This document shows positions 36,709 to 47,345 of a stretch of 64,000 nt of DNA, one piece after another. The stretch spans positions 160-64,159 of the forward strand of contig CAZOZF010000002.1 of NCBI GenBank assembly GCA_964584205.1, in the 5' to 3' direction. Made by a program: the position numbers and the translations under genes. Below the pieces are notes generated by a model. That model ran no database searches. It was given only the letters and a program-made list of their open reading frames with translations, and was not told the DNA's origin. The stretch is from an uncultured Verrucomicrobiota bacterium (lineage in GTDB: Bacteria; Verrucomicrobiota; Kiritimatiellia; CAIKKV01; CAITUY01). Each line of letters begins with the position of its first letter. Within the stretch, counting starts at the first letter, position 1.

Positions 36709-38709
36709 ATGAGAAGAATGATCAATCTGGCGCGTGTTGTGACGTGCGCCGTGATTCTTTCGGCGGGAATCTCTGTTGCGGTTGCAAATGAGGTTACGGT
36801 TCAGGAGCTGGCCGTCAAGGATGCGCCTGCAGGAGCGGTTTGGCTCGATGGATTTGATTTGGGTTCCGTGGAGACCGGGTGGGGGAAAGTTGGGGCGGGA
36901 AAATCCGCGGCAGGAAAACCGATTACTGTTGGTAAGAAGGCTTTCGTCCACGGTATTGGAGTTCATGCGCCGAGTGTGGCGGGGATTGATCTCGGGAAGG
37001 CCGCAAGCCGGTTTGTTGCAGTGGTTGGGGTAGATGATGAAACCGGAGTCGGTGGATCAGTCGTTTTTCAGGTCTGGGTTGATCGGGTGAAAAAAGCGGA
37101 TTCCGGCCTGATGAAGGGCGGAGATGCCCCTAAATTGATTTCCGTGGATCTGACGGGGGCGGAAAAGATGGCCCTCGTCGTAACCGATGGCAGAAATGGT
37201 AATGATTCCGATCATGCCGACTGGGCTGGCGCCGCGCTTTACACGCAGAGGAATTCAGTCAAATTCGAGCCGGGGCTCTTCACCATCCCGAACGTCATGC
37301 CTAAAATATCCTCAATTGATCAGTCAAAGACGGCCATCAATGGGCCTCGGATTGTCGGTACGACTCCTGGGCGGCCCTTTGTGTTCCTGGTTCCCGCCAC
37401 CGGCGAAGAACTGAGGGACTATACGGCGAAAAAACTTCCCGCCGGTTTGGTGATCGATCCTGATACCGGCATTATATCAGGTTCCGTCGTGAAGCCCGGT
37501 AGCTATGAGGTCATGCTTTCGGTCGCGGGTCGGAGCGGGGTGGCCACCCGTAAGTTGGTGATTGAGGCGGGTGAGCACAAGCTGGCCAGGACGCCGCCGA
37601 TGGGCTGGAATTCATGGAACTGCTGGGCAGGTGCGATTGATGACGCCAAAGTGCGCGCGGCGGCTGATGCCATGGTCGCCAGTGGCCTGGCTGCCCATGG
37701 TTATCAATACATCAATATTGATGACTGCTGGCAGAAAGGACGTGATGCCAATGGGGAAATTGTGCCGAATGCAAAATTTCCAGACATGAAAGCACTGGCC
37801 GATTACGTGCACAGCAAGGGTTTACGGCTGGGGATCTATTCGTCGCCTGGCCCGCAGACCTGTGCCGGTTTCGAGGGTAGTTACCGGCACGAGGAGCAGG
37901 ATGCGAAGACCTACGCGACGTGGGGTATGGATTACCTCAAGCATGACTGGTGCTCTTACGGTTCGGTGGTGACGGCTAAGGTCTACCAGCTCGAGGATTA
38001 CGCGAAACCTTTCAGGATCATGGGCGAGGCGCTCGATGCCTGCGGGCGTGACATCGTTTACAGTCTTTGTCAGTACGGTATGGGTAACGTCTGGGAATGG
38101 GGCGCGGACGTTGGAGGGAATTGCTGGCGTACGACCTATGATATCACCGATATGTGGGAAAGCATGTCCCGCATCGGATTCGGCCAGAATGGGCACGAAA
38201 AGTATGCCGGGCCAGGCCGCTGGAACGATCCGGATATGCTTGTCGTGGGCAGGGTGGGTTGGGGACCGAACCTGCATCCGACCCGGCTCAAATATGTGGA
38301 ACAGGTTACGCATCTAACTCTATGGAGCCTCCTGTCTGCTCCCCTCCTGATCGGGTGTGACATGACGACGATGGATAAATTCACGTTGGACTTGCTCACC
38401 AATGATGAGGTTCTCGACGTTAATCAGGATCCGCTGGGTAAGCCGGCGGGCCGGGTGGCTGAAAATAATGGCATCCAGGTGTGGAGCCGGCCGCTTCAAG
38501 ATGGCGCTGTGGCGGTGGGTATTTTCAACACCGGAATGGAGGACCTTGACGGGATTGTTAAGTGGTCTGATATCGGCGTCCAAGGCAAGCAGACTGTGCG
38601 TGATCTCTGGTTAAAGCAGGATCTGGGTGTCTTTGACGGACAGTACGCAGTCAAGGTGCCTGCGCATGGCGCGTTCATGTTCAAGATCGGAGCGCCACGC
38701 AGGGACTAG
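36709..38709 (+). CDS. secreted NPCBM + GH27 alpha-galactosidase
   Basis: gagagga RBS; NPCBM (FVHGIGVHAPSVAGIDL...FVAVVGVDDETGVGGSVVFQVWVDR); GH27 catalytic motifs GWNSWNCW, INIDDCWQ, LRLGIYSSPGPQTCAG, LKHDWC. Confidence 0.9.
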   Translation: MRRMINLARVVTCAVILSAGISVAVANEVTVQELAVKDAPAGAVWLDGFDLGSVETGWGKVGAGKSAAGKPITVGKKAFVHGIGVHAPSVAGIDLGKAASRFVAVVGVDDETGVGGSVVFQVWVDRVKKADSGLMKGGDAPKLISVDLTGAEKMALVVTDGRNGNDSDHADWAGAALYTQRNSVKFEPGLFTIPNVMPKISSIDQSKTAINGPRIVGTTPGRPFVFLVPATGEELRDYTAKKLPAGLVIDPDTGIISGSVVKPGSYEVMLSVAGRSGVATRKLVIEAGEHKLARTPPMGWNSWNCWAGAIDDAKVRAAADAMVASGLAAHGYQYINIDDCWQKGRDANGEIVPNAKFPDMKALADYVHSKGLRLGIYSSPGPQTCAGFEGSYRHEEQDAKTYATWGMDYLKHDWCSYGSVVTAKVYQLEDYAKPFRIMGEALDACGRDIVYSLCQYGMGNVWEWGADVGGNCWRTTYDITDMWESMSRIGFGQNGHEKYAGPGRWNDPDMLVVGRVGWGPNLHPTRLKYVEQVTHLTLWSLLSAPLLIGCDMTTMDKFTLDLLTNDEVLDVNQDPLGKPAGRVAENNGIQVWSRPLQDGAVAVGIFNTGMEDLDGIVKWSDIGVQGKQTVRDLWLKQDLGVFDGQYAVKVPAHGAFMFKIGAPRRD

Positions 38710-38733
38710 GATAACCGTGAAGGGACTGACATC

Positions 38734-40959
38734 ATGATATCGTTATCAATAAGAGTGGCAGCATATCTCGGCACCAGCCTGGTCATCCTCGGGACAGGTT
38801 TAGGCGTCAGCCAGGGTGCCGTTGTGCCTGATCCGCAGTTGGCTGGCTTCAGTCTGACAACGAAGGCTTTCACCGTTTATTACAAGGTGGACAAGGACGG
38901 TTCGCTTTTGAATGGCGTGAAGAAGCCCGGGGACGCTGGCGCGTTTCCTGTGGGCGGGCAGGTATTTCCTGGAAGATTTGTCAGATCCAAGGAGGGCTAC
39001 TGTCACGGGCCCCGATATGCAGGACCTCTTTCGGTCGCGCTTCCAGGTGGCGATAGTTCCCTGGATCTGGTCTATGAGTCCCACCGCTTGATCCAGGAAT
39101 CCTCCAATGTCGAGCATGCGGTTATCATGTTGCGCGATCGCCAGGTGCCTGTCGGTGTGGAATTGCATGTGCGCGCCTACCGGGATGAGAGTGTAGTCGA
39201 GCAGTGGCTTGTCCTCAGGAACGGAACTATGAAACCCGTGCATGTCAAACGGCTGGACTCCTTGTATTTGCAGGGTCAGAACGGCGATAAGATGTTCCTT
39301 GAATGGTATGAAAGCAAGGAGGGCAATGAGGCTAGTCGGCCGGAGCGAGAAAAGTTTCTGAAGGGTGGGCGCCTTCTGGAAAGCCGGCATGGAAATCGAC
39401 ATGTGTCGGGGCCGGAACCGTTTTTCAGTCTTGGATTTGGTGATTTTCCAGATGAAGAAAAAGTGCCCTGCATGGTGGCTGCCCTGTCATGGTCTGGTAG
39501 CACGCGCCTATCCTTCGAAATTCATGAGGGGAATGCCTTGGAGTCTTCCTTTGGCGTGAATCAGCCCCTCACCGTGATGGTTGGGCCGGAACAGTCGCTG
39601 ACGTCGCCGACATGTGTCTATTCTTTCAGCGCGGCTGGCAAGGGGCCGGCGAGTCGCAATTTCCACCGCTGGATGCGCCGGTATGGCCTGCGGGATGGGG
39701 ATCGCCTGCGATTGGTCGATAACAATTCATGGGAAGGGTGCGGCATGGAAGTCTCGGAATCGTCCGTTGTTGACATGATGAAGATCAGTGCCGAACTTGG
39801 CATCGAGCTGTATGTCATGGACGATGGCTGGTTTGGCAATGGTGACAATGCACGGACCTGTGCCAAAGCTGGTCTTGGAGACTGGCAGATCAACCGGAAG
39901 CGATTTCCGAACGGACTCGAGCCGCTGCTTAAAGCAGGACGGGAATCCAATATTGCCCTTGGGATCTGGTTTGAACCGGAAATGGTCAATCCTCGGAGTA
40001 CATTGTTCCTGAAACATCCTGACTGGGTCATGCGGGTGCCTGGACGCGAGTTGGATCTCCAGCGTGACCAGGTGGTTCTCGATGTGGTCAATCCCGCCGT
40101 GCAGGAATTCATGTTTCACTCGGTGAACAATATTCTCAAGGCCTGTCCCGGGATCCGTTTTGTGAAGTGGGATGCCAATTCCAGCATCAATAATCCGTAT
40201 TCACCCTTCCTGGGGGCAGACCGTCAGGGGGAGATGCTCAACCGATATATGGCCGGTTACTACGGTGTGCTGGAGAAGCTGGTTGCCGCGTATCCGGAAA
40301 TCGATTTCCAGGCTTGTGCCGCGGGCGGGGGACGCTCCGATCTTGGGGCCTTGAAATACAGTCATACATTCTGGCCAAGCGATAACACTAATCCGGGCTA
40401 CCGGTTGGGCGCGATCTGGAACTTCTCGACGTGCCTGCCCGCCCTGGCCGCTACGTGTCATGTCACTCATTCAGGTGGTAAGGAGTATCAGCCCAAGTAT
40501 CGTTTTGATGTTGCCATGATGGGGCAACTCGGCATGGAGGTGGATCCGCGCAAATCCGAGCCTGAATACCTCGAGGCGGCCAAGGTTGGTATTGCCGCCT
40601 ACAAAGCGGTTCGCGATATTGTTCAACTCGGGGATCAGTATCGTCATCAACATCCGTATGATTCTTCAACACCAGCGGTCAATTATGTGGCTGCGGATAA
40701 GAGGCGCGCCTTGATTCTGGCGTACCAGACCGGCCATGTCGCGCAGCCCCTTGTATTTTCCTGTCCGGTAAGCGGTCTGGATCCGTTGCGAAATTATCGT
40801 GTGGCCGAAATCAATTTGCCAGCTGGTGACGCCCGGCCACGCCTGGCCAGGGACGTCAAGGGGGGTCAGCCCGGAAGTGAGTGGGTGAAACAGGGGGTGC
40901 CGCTGATCTTTACGCGCCGCTTTGATAGCGCGGCGGTCTTGCTTGAGGTTGTTCCCTGA
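38734..40959 (+). CDS. GH36 alpha-galactosidase
   Basis: YVMDDGWFGNGDNARTCAKAGLGDWQINRKRFPNGLEPLL...LGIWFEPEMVNPRSTLFLKHPDW matches the AgaA-type GH36 catalytic-core signature. Confidence 0.9.
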   Translation: MISLSIRVAAYLGTSLVILGTGLGVSQGAVVPDPQLAGFSLTTKAFTVYYKVDKDGSLLNGVKKPGDAGAFPVGGQVFPGRFVRSKEGYCHGPRYAGPLSVALPGGDSSLDLVYESHRLIQESSNVEHAVIMLRDRQVPVGVELHVRAYRDESVVEQWLVLRNGTMKPVHVKRLDSLYLQGQNGDKMFLEWYESKEGNEASRPEREKFLKGGRLLESRHGNRHVSGPEPFFSLGFGDFPDEEKVPCMVAALSWSGSTRLSFEIHEGNALESSFGVNQPLTVMVGPEQSLTSPTCVYSFSAAGKGPASRNFHRWMRRYGLRDGDRLRLVDNNSWEGCGMEVSESSVVDMMKISAELGIELYVMDDGWFGNGDNARTCAKAGLGDWQINRKRFPNGLEPLLKAGRESNIALGIWFEPEMVNPRSTLFLKHPDWVMRVPGRELDLQRDQVVLDVVNPAVQEFMFHSVNNILKACPGIRFVKWDANSSINNPYSPFLGADRQGEMLNRYMAGYYGVLEKLVAAYPEIDFQACAAGGGRSDLGALKYSHTFWPSDNTNPGYRLGAIWNFSTCLPALAATCHVTHSGGKEYQPKYRFDVAMMGQLGMEVDPRKSEPEYLEAAKVGIAAYKAVRDIVQLGDQYRHQHPYDSSTPAVNYVAADKRRALILAYQTGHVAQPLVFSCPVSGLDPLRNYRVAEINLPAGDARPRLARDVKGGQPGSEWVKQGVPLIFTRRFDSAAVLLEVVP

Positions 40960-40989
40960 TGATTTTAGAACAGGAAAAGAAAGGTTGAT

Positions 40990-43900
40990 GTGATGTCTAC
41001 TGGAAATTCGAGCCTGTCGGGTGTGATTGCGCTGTCGGTATTGTTTCTGCTGGCTGTTCATGGTGATGTCCGTGCGGAAAAGGTTGAGCACTGGAAGCAT
41101 ATTAATGTTGAAGACGAGTTGTGGACGAATGCCGGCGGAGCGGGAGACGGTCTTCTGGGTTTTGGCGAATTCATGATTTATTCCGGAGCTACCTTTGACC
41201 AGACGGGGGGGCGAATTGGCAGTGTTACTAATTGGGGTGCCCCGGTCGCTTCCATTGGTTGGAGCACCGGTGGTTCATACAAGATGTCGGGTTTGGCTAT
41301 ATTTACAACGGCTACGGATGTAGTACTTGGTCATGCCAAGAGTGGGGGCCAGGTTGCGGGCTGGAGTTTAACCGACATCGCCAGCGCTACGCTGGGGGGT
41401 GCCCTGGATTTCCGTGACGGTGCCGCGAATCACCTTCTTCTTGGCGGGGCGGCCACTTTTCGCGCGGGAAGCCTTCGCGGGTTGGATCGCGACGGTGAAT
41501 ACATCAGCTTTGCCTGTGGCGCTACAGCCTCCCAGGCCACGCTTACGATTGGATCCCGGGATCAGTCCTACTATGAGGATTTGGTTTCCAAAGGGTACAT
41601 CCGCATCAATCGAGTGAAGCAAACCAACTTCAGCAAGTTTCAAGTCAAAGGCAGTACGTTGTCGCTGGTCCCGCTGTCCATGAGGCTGGCGATTACCTCC
41701 GTTAATGGCGGATCTAGCCCCAGTGCTGGCGACGGCTTTGATGTGACCGTTCAGGTTCTGGATCTGAATAATGCTCCGGCCAAAGTCGGTGCGGATAGGG
41801 TGGTGACGCTCATGCGTAAGGCCGGTAGCGGCATTTTGGATGGGACAACCAATATTACCATCGCGGCAGGCTCCCATACGAAAAAAATCAGCGGAGTGAC
41901 CTACACCAAGGCGGAAAATGGCGTGGTGCTCACCGCCTTGTGTGACGGAGTGGGGGATGGCGACAGCCCAACCTTCACGGTCGCGGCGGGGACTCCCAGA
42001 AAGCTGGTGTTCTGCGCCCAGCCGGAGGCGACAGTGCTGGGGTGGCCGATCAGTCCGGTCGTGACGGTTCAGATTCAGGATGCCAATGGCAATACCGTGG
42101 TCGGCGAGTCCCGCCGCGTGACGATCAGTAGCTCTACAACCGCTTTCTCCGGCGACAGTATCCTCGCCACGAATGCCGTCGAGGGTGTGGCGAATTTTAG
42201 CGCGCTCAAGCCAGTCCGGATCGCCAGTTCTAACATGCTGGTGGCCAGCGTGGGTTCGCTGGCGGGGGCGACCTCCCGCACCTTCGCCGTCTCTTCGGAT
42301 TGTGTGGCTCATGCCTCGCCGGAAAAGTGCGCACAGTTCAACGCCTTTAAGGAGATCCCCATCAACTCCATTACCCCCAAGGGGTGGTTGCGTGAATTTC
42401 TGGTTCGGCAAAATACAGGACTCACGGGAAACCGTGAAATATTGTCCTACCCGTTCAACACCTGTCTTTGGGCCGGCCGCATCCCGTACAACGGGAACGG
42501 CGACGACTGGTGGCGCTACGAACAAACCGCTTACCTGACCGACGGGATGCTCCGGCTCGGCTATCTCATCCGCGATGACAAGCTCATGCAGGCCGGGCGT
42601 GACGGCGTGGCGTATGTGCTCGCGCATCCTATGGAAAAAGGCCGCCTCGGCCACCCCTTTTTCACCAGCCAGTGGCCGATGGCCGTTTTTTTTCGTGCCA
42701 TGCAGGCCGAATACTCAGCCACCACTGATCCCAAGCTCCTGGAGGCGCTTCGCCAGCACTACCTTTCCTTTTCAACCGCGGAGTTGCGCGGGGGGCGGAA
42801 TGTCATCAACGTTGAGGGCATGCTTTGGACATACGGCAAGACCGGTGATCGCAAGCTTCTTAATCGCGCGAATGCGATCTACGATCAAGGGCAGGGTATA
42901 TGGGGCAGAGGTGCTCTGGGCGCGCCAGGAAAGGATGTTGAGCATGGAGTCACCTACAATGAAATGGCGAAACTGCCGGCGATCTTCTATGCCTACACCG
43001 GCAACAAGGACTATCTGTCCGCCTCAGTCAACGCCTTCAGGAAGCTGGATCGTGATCACATGCTGCCCGATGGAGTTCCCAGTTCCAACGAATTCCTGGC
43101 GGGAAAGGATATTCACCAGAGCCACGAAACCTGTGACATTTCGGATTATACATGGAGCGTCGGCTACCTCTTGATGGCCACCGGCGACGCTGCCTGGGCA
43201 GATCACATCGAAAAGGCCATTTTCAATGCCGGGCCCGGTTGCGTTTCCAAGGATTTCAAGAACCTCCAATATTTTTCTGGCGTTAACCAGGTCATCGCGA
43301 CGGGCGACTCTAATCACAACAAACATTTCCATGGTTCCACCTGGATGGCCTACCGTCCTTGTCATGAGACGGAATGTTGTGCTGGCAATGTGCACCGTTT
43401 CATGCCCAACTACGCTGCCCGCATGTGGATGAGCGATACCAATGGCGGGCTTGTGGCGACACTTTATGGACCGTCGTCAATGACGCTGCCGATCAATCAA
43501 GGGCGACAACAGCTGACCGTCACAGAAAACACGGGCTATCCTTTTTCCGAAACCATTACCTTCACGTTCAACACACCGACTCCTGTCGAGATGCCATTTT
43601 CGTTCCGCATTCCCGGGTGGTGTGTAGCCCCGTCGGTTATAGTCAACCAGCGGCCCTATTCGGGTCAGCTCACCCCTGGCGCCTTCACCACCCTGAGCCG
43701 GACCTTCCGGAATGGCGATATCGTCACGTTGCGCCTGCCCATGCCTTTGAAACTAATTAAGTGGGAAAACCAAGGGGTTGCCGTTGAGCGCGGTCCTCTG
43801 CTTTTTGCCTATCCGGTGCCCGAGAAGGTGACGGAGGATACCCGGACTTATGCCAATATGCGCGGTAAGAAATCGTCTGACCCGGTCAATTTCCCGGCCC

Positions 43901-44193
43901 TTGATATTAGGCCTGATGGGCCATGGAATTACGCGCTCGCGGCAAATTCCGCCGCTGACCTCAAGTTGGTGACGAATGAATCCAATGGTTATCCGTTCGA
44001 TCCTGGCGCCAGTCCTCTGGTCATCAAGGTGCCTGCCAGGAAGGTCAAGGGGTGGAGCTTGGTTGAGGACCGTTACACGCCGCCGTTGCCGGACCGTGAC
44101 AAGGTTGAGTGCGAGGCGGCTGTGGAAACCATTACCCTCGTCCCGTATGGTAGTACGCGATTGCGAATTGGGGTTTTTCCTGTGGCACGGTGA
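40990..44193 (+). CDS. secreted GH127-like (DUF1680, beta-L-arabinofuranosidase-type) enzyme with N-terminal Ig-like domains
   Basis: Signal peptide; Big/invasin-like Ig domain (PEATVLGWPISPVVTVQIQDANGNTVVGESRRVTISS); DUF1680 core with the Glu-Thr-Cys (HQSHETCD) and Cys-Cys (HETECCAGN) motifs corresponding to the HypBA1 Zn/nucleophile site. Confidence 0.75.
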   Translation: MMSTGNSSLSGVIALSVLFLLAVHGDVRAEKVEHWKHINVEDELWTNAGGAGDGLLGFGEFMIYSGATFDQTGGRIGSVTNWGAPVASIGWSTGGSYKMSGLAIFTTATDVVLGHAKSGGQVAGWSLTDIASATLGGALDFRDGAANHLLLGGAATFRAGSLRGLDRDGEYISFACGATASQATLTIGSRDQSYYEDLVSKGYIRINRVKQTNFSKFQVKGSTLSLVPLSMRLAITSVNGGSSPSAGDGFDVTVQVLDLNNAPAKVGADRVVTLMRKAGSGILDGTTNITIAAGSHTKKISGVTYTKAENGVVLTALCDGVGDGDSPTFTVAAGTPRKLVFCAQPEATVLGWPISPVVTVQIQDANGNTVVGESRRVTISSSTTAFSGDSILATNAVEGVANFSALKPVRIASSNMLVASVGSLAGATSRTFAVSSDCVAHASPEKCAQFNAFKEIPINSITPKGWLREFLVRQNTGLTGNREILSYPFNTCLWAGRIPYNGNGDDWWRYEQTAYLTDGMLRLGYLIRDDKLMQAGRDGVAYVLAHPMEKGRLGHPFFTSQWPMAVFFRAMQAEYSATTDPKLLEALRQHYLSFSTAELRGGRNVINVEGMLWTYGKTGDRKLLNRANAIYDQGQGIWGRGALGAPGKDVEHGVTYNEMAKLPAIFYAYTGNKDYLSASVNAFRKLDRDHMLPDGVPSSNEFLAGKDIHQSHETCDISDYTWSVGYLLMATGDAAWADHIEKAIFNAGPGCVSKDFKNLQYFSGVNQVIATGDSNHNKHFHGSTWMAYRPCHETECCAGNVHRFMPNYAARMWMSDTNGGLVATLYGPSSMTLPINQGRQQLTVTENTGYPFSETITFTFNTPTPVEMPFSFRIPGWCVAPSVIVNQRPYSGQLTPGAFTTLSRTFRNGDIVTLRLPMPLKLIKWENQGVAVERGPLLFAYPVPEKVTEDTRTYANMRGKKSSDPVNFPALDIRPDGPWNYALAANSAADLKLVTNESNGYPFDPGASPLVIKVPARKVKGWSLVEDRYTPPLPDRDKVECEAAVETITLVPYGSTRLRIGVFPVAR

Positions 44194-44205
44194 TGGAGAA
44201 ACATT

Positions 44206-47181
44206 ATGGATGTGCTCAAGGTTATGATGGTGGCTGTTGTGGTTTCCGGGGGATTGTGCCTGGTTGGTCACTCGATTCCGCTTCCTGAGACGGCGATTCC
44301 CCGTTTGAGTCCCCGCCCAATCAAGATCGACGGGGTGAGGAACGCCCAGATTGATCTCAACGGCCGGTGGCGCTTCAATCCGGCACCCTGTGATGGTTTC
44401 ATGACCAATTCCTTCGAGGTCACTTCCTCGGTGGGCTGGGCAGATATTCAGGTTCCCGGACAATGGCTTCAGCAAGGGTTTGCTGTGGCTCCGGACAGTG
44501 CTGCCGGATATGTCCGTCAATTTGACCTGCCCGCCGACTGGCGGGGCAAACGTATCAAATTGCGGTGTGATGCCGTCTATAGCGATGTCACGATATGGGT
44601 GGGAGGGCGGGAGGTGGGCCGGCATCAGGGCGGGTTTACCCCGTTTGAATGTGATGTCACGGAGGCGGTACAGCATGGTCGGGAGAATACCATTGCCCTC
44701 AGGGTTCAGAGTGGGAGTGATGCTGATAAACTGGCCAGTGGTATCCAGTATGCCTGTCATGATCTTGGTGGCATCACGCGGAAAATCTATCTGGTGGCTT
44801 TGCCTGAATTAAATGTTGCGGCGCTTCGCATCCGCTCGACCTTTGACAGCCAATTCAAGAATGCCGAGCTGACGGTGGATTTCTCACTTGCCAACGAAAG
44901 TCTCATGATGTCATCCCCGGCATCACTGGGCCTTGAATTGCGGAGTCCGGAAGAACACAAAGTCGGTGTTGCCGCGGTTACGGTTCCAGCCATCAAGGCT
45001 GGCAAAATCGCAGCGCTACAGATTCGCATGAAGGTAGCCAAACCGCTGAAGTGGGATGTTGAGCACCCGAACCTATATACGGTCAAAATCGTTTTTGGAT
45101 CCGGCAGGACGGCTGAAACATTGTCTTCCCGTTTCGGATTTCGGCAGGTTGAGGTGCGTGGCAACCAGATGTTCGTTAATGGAAATGTGGTGAAGTTGAG
45201 GGGCGTGTGTCGTCATGAGGTGCATCCCACACGAGGGCGGTCATTGGAAGGTGATTTATGGCGCCGGGACGCCGAACTGTTTGCCCGTGGGAACGTCAAC
45301 CTTATCCGCACTTCGCACTACCCGCCGGCGGAGGAGTTCCTGGAAGCCTGCGATGAAGTTGGCTTGTTGGTCGAGCTTGAGGCCCCGATCTGCTGGGCAG
45401 GGCATGGTGCCAGTTTCAAACGCCTGAAGGCGCCCGATAGTCAGGCGGTTGATGATTACGTTCTGCAAGCCAACCTGGAGAGCGTGGGGATGTCCTATAA
45501 TCACCCGTCCGTGATCCTGCGCTCATTAGCCAATGAATCGAACTGGAATCCGCTCTTTGCCGGGGTTAATGCCGCCGTGCGGCAGGCCGATCCCACACGA
45601 CCGGTTGCCTTTCACGATCAGTGCTGGGGGGGCGCCAACAATCTTGGTTCCACTGAAATGCAGGTCGGGAATTATCACTATCCGGGTCTGGATGGGCCGG
45701 CCAAGGGAGATGAGTCAAAACGCCCGCTCTACTTCGGTGAGTATTGCCATCTTAACGCCTATAACCGGCGTGAACAAATGGGGGATCCGGGGTTGCGTGA
45801 TGCCTGGGGACTGGGCTTCGCCAACATGTGGGAGACCATGCGCGCCCATCCCGGTTGTTTGGGTGGCTCACTATGGGCGGCCATGGATGACACCTTTTTC
45901 CTGCCTGGGGAACGCACCGTAGGCTATGGTACATGGGGGCCACTTGACGGTTGGCGCCGTCCCAAGCCGGAATACTGGCACATGACCAAAGCCTATTCAC
46001 CCGTGCGGATCCTGGACGAGACCGTGTGTGTTCCGCCTCTCGGTGACCCGATCCGGTTGACAGTAGAGAATCGCAGCGATTTCGCGAATCTAGATGAGAT
46101 GCGTTTTGATTGGAAATTGGCCTGGAAATCGGGCCGGACGAAAGTGGAGGCCGCCCCCGGTCAGAAGGGGATATTGGTGGTTCCGGCTAAGTTTCGCGAC
46201 TTGGCGGGTGAGGTGCTGGAAATCAGCGTGACGGGTCCGCGTGGCTTCACAGTGGACCGCTATCGCTACATCATCGGCGGTGAAGCGTTGGTCGCGCCAG
46301 CTCCTATGCGTAAGCTGGGTTCATTGGAGTTGACTCAGGCCACTAATGAAATTGCGATTAGTGGCAAAGGGTTTAAGTACCTCATTGACTCGGCCTCAGG
46401 ACAACTGAAAGCCGGAAAAGCCGGTCGGCATGAGTTTAGTCTGTCCGGGCCCTGTTTGACCATGATCCCGCTCGATAGCGAAGGGGGCGGGGCTCAATTG
46501 ACTGGGAAGGAACCGGAATTCAAGCCTTTATGGGGGCTGTATACCGGGTGGAAAGCTTCGTCGGTCACGGTGATGCAAACAGGACAGGTTGTCGGGGTGA
46601 AGGTTGCGGGTGCCTATGCGGAAGCTGAAGGTGGGTATGAGTTGTTGATAGACGGAAGCGGACGTTTGAGTGTGAACTGGGCCTTTACCTCGAAGCAAGA
46701 GATCAATCCGCGCCAGACCGGCATGACGTTTGGTTTGCCTGAGACTTGTGACACATTGACCTGGCGGCGACGCGGTCAATGGACTGTGTATCCTGAAGAT
46801 CACATCGGCCGTTTGTCCGGTACTGCGAAGGCATTCCGGGGCCATCCTGACTGTGGTCTTGCCGGTCCGCGAACACAACCGGCCTGGTCTTGGAGCGAAG
46901 ACCAGAATCAATATGGCTGCAATGATTTCAGGTCTACCAAGTCCAATATATTTGAAGCGGCGTTGAAGGATGGTCATGGGGTTGGCCTACGTGCGGTGGC
47001 TGCTGCGGATCGTCATGCGCATGCCTGGATCGATGGCGGCAAGGCCATGTTGATGGTCGCCGACTATGTCAATGAAGGGGCCGAAGGCTATTTGCAATGT
47101 ACCCGGGCCATTCCGGACAGGAAGGTGCCCAAAGGCGGCACTATCTCCGGGTCGGCGCAGGTGGAGGTTACGGGTAACTGA
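44206..47181 (+). CDS. GH2-family glycosidase (beta-galactosidase/beta-mannosidase-like), secreted
   Basis: GH2 sugar-binding N-terminus (RIKLRCDAVYSDVTIWVGGREVGRHQGGFTPFECDVTEAV), TIM-barrel blocks VKLRGVCRHEVHPTRG...NLIRTSHYPP...CDEVGLLVELEAPICW and NESNW. Confidence 0.8.
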   Translation: MDVLKVMMVAVVVSGGLCLVGHSIPLPETAIPRLSPRPIKIDGVRNAQIDLNGRWRFNPAPCDGFMTNSFEVTSSVGWADIQVPGQWLQQGFAVAPDSAAGYVRQFDLPADWRGKRIKLRCDAVYSDVTIWVGGREVGRHQGGFTPFECDVTEAVQHGRENTIALRVQSGSDADKLASGIQYACHDLGGITRKIYLVALPELNVAALRIRSTFDSQFKNAELTVDFSLANESLMMSSPASLGLELRSPEEHKVGVAAVTVPAIKAGKIAALQIRMKVAKPLKWDVEHPNLYTVKIVFGSGRTAETLSSRFGFRQVEVRGNQMFVNGNVVKLRGVCRHEVHPTRGRSLEGDLWRRDAELFARGNVNLIRTSHYPPAEEFLEACDEVGLLVELEAPICWAGHGASFKRLKAPDSQAVDDYVLQANLESVGMSYNHPSVILRSLANESNWNPLFAGVNAAVRQADPTRPVAFHDQCWGGANNLGSTEMQVGNYHYPGLDGPAKGDESKRPLYFGEYCHLNAYNRREQMGDPGLRDAWGLGFANMWETMRAHPGCLGGSLWAAMDDTFFLPGERTVGYGTWGPLDGWRRPKPEYWHMTKAYSPVRILDETVCVPPLGDPIRLTVENRSDFANLDEMRFDWKLAWKSGRTKVEAAPGQKGILVVPAKFRDLAGEVLEISVTGPRGFTVDRYRYIIGGEALVAPAPMRKLGSLELTQATNEIAISGKGFKYLIDSASGQLKAGKAGRHEFSLSGPCLTMIPLDSEGGGAQLTGKEPEFKPLWGLYTGWKASSVTVMQTGQVVGVKVAGAYAEAEGGYELLIDGSGRLSVNWAFTSKQEINPRQTGMTFGLPETCDTLTWRRRGQWTVYPEDHIGRLSGTAKAFRGHPDCGLAGPRTQPAWSWSEDQNQYGCNDFRSTKSNIFEAALKDGHGVGLRAVAAADRHAHAWIDGGKAMLMVADYVNEGAEGYLQCTRAIPDRKVPKGGTISGSAQVEVTGN

Positions 47182-47210
47182 TTAGCCTTCCTGTTTTCAT
47201 TGTTTATGCG

Positions 47211-47259
47211 CTACGCCCCAATGCGCTCTAAATTAGACCCGAAACGCTCTCTTCAGACG
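47211..47259 (+). promoter_or_regulatory. conserved upstream motif copy C (ctacgccccaatgcgctctaaattagacccgaaacgctctcttcagacg)
   Basis: ~87 bp upstream of the tdh start at 47346; the 3' half is almost identical to copy A. Confidence 0.45.
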
Positions 47260-47345
47260 ATCCCGTTTGTGGGAGATTGACCGTCACAAAGAAGCTGATG
47301 AGTGATGGGGTTGAATCGCATTCAAACCTAGCGGAGGAAAGTTCC

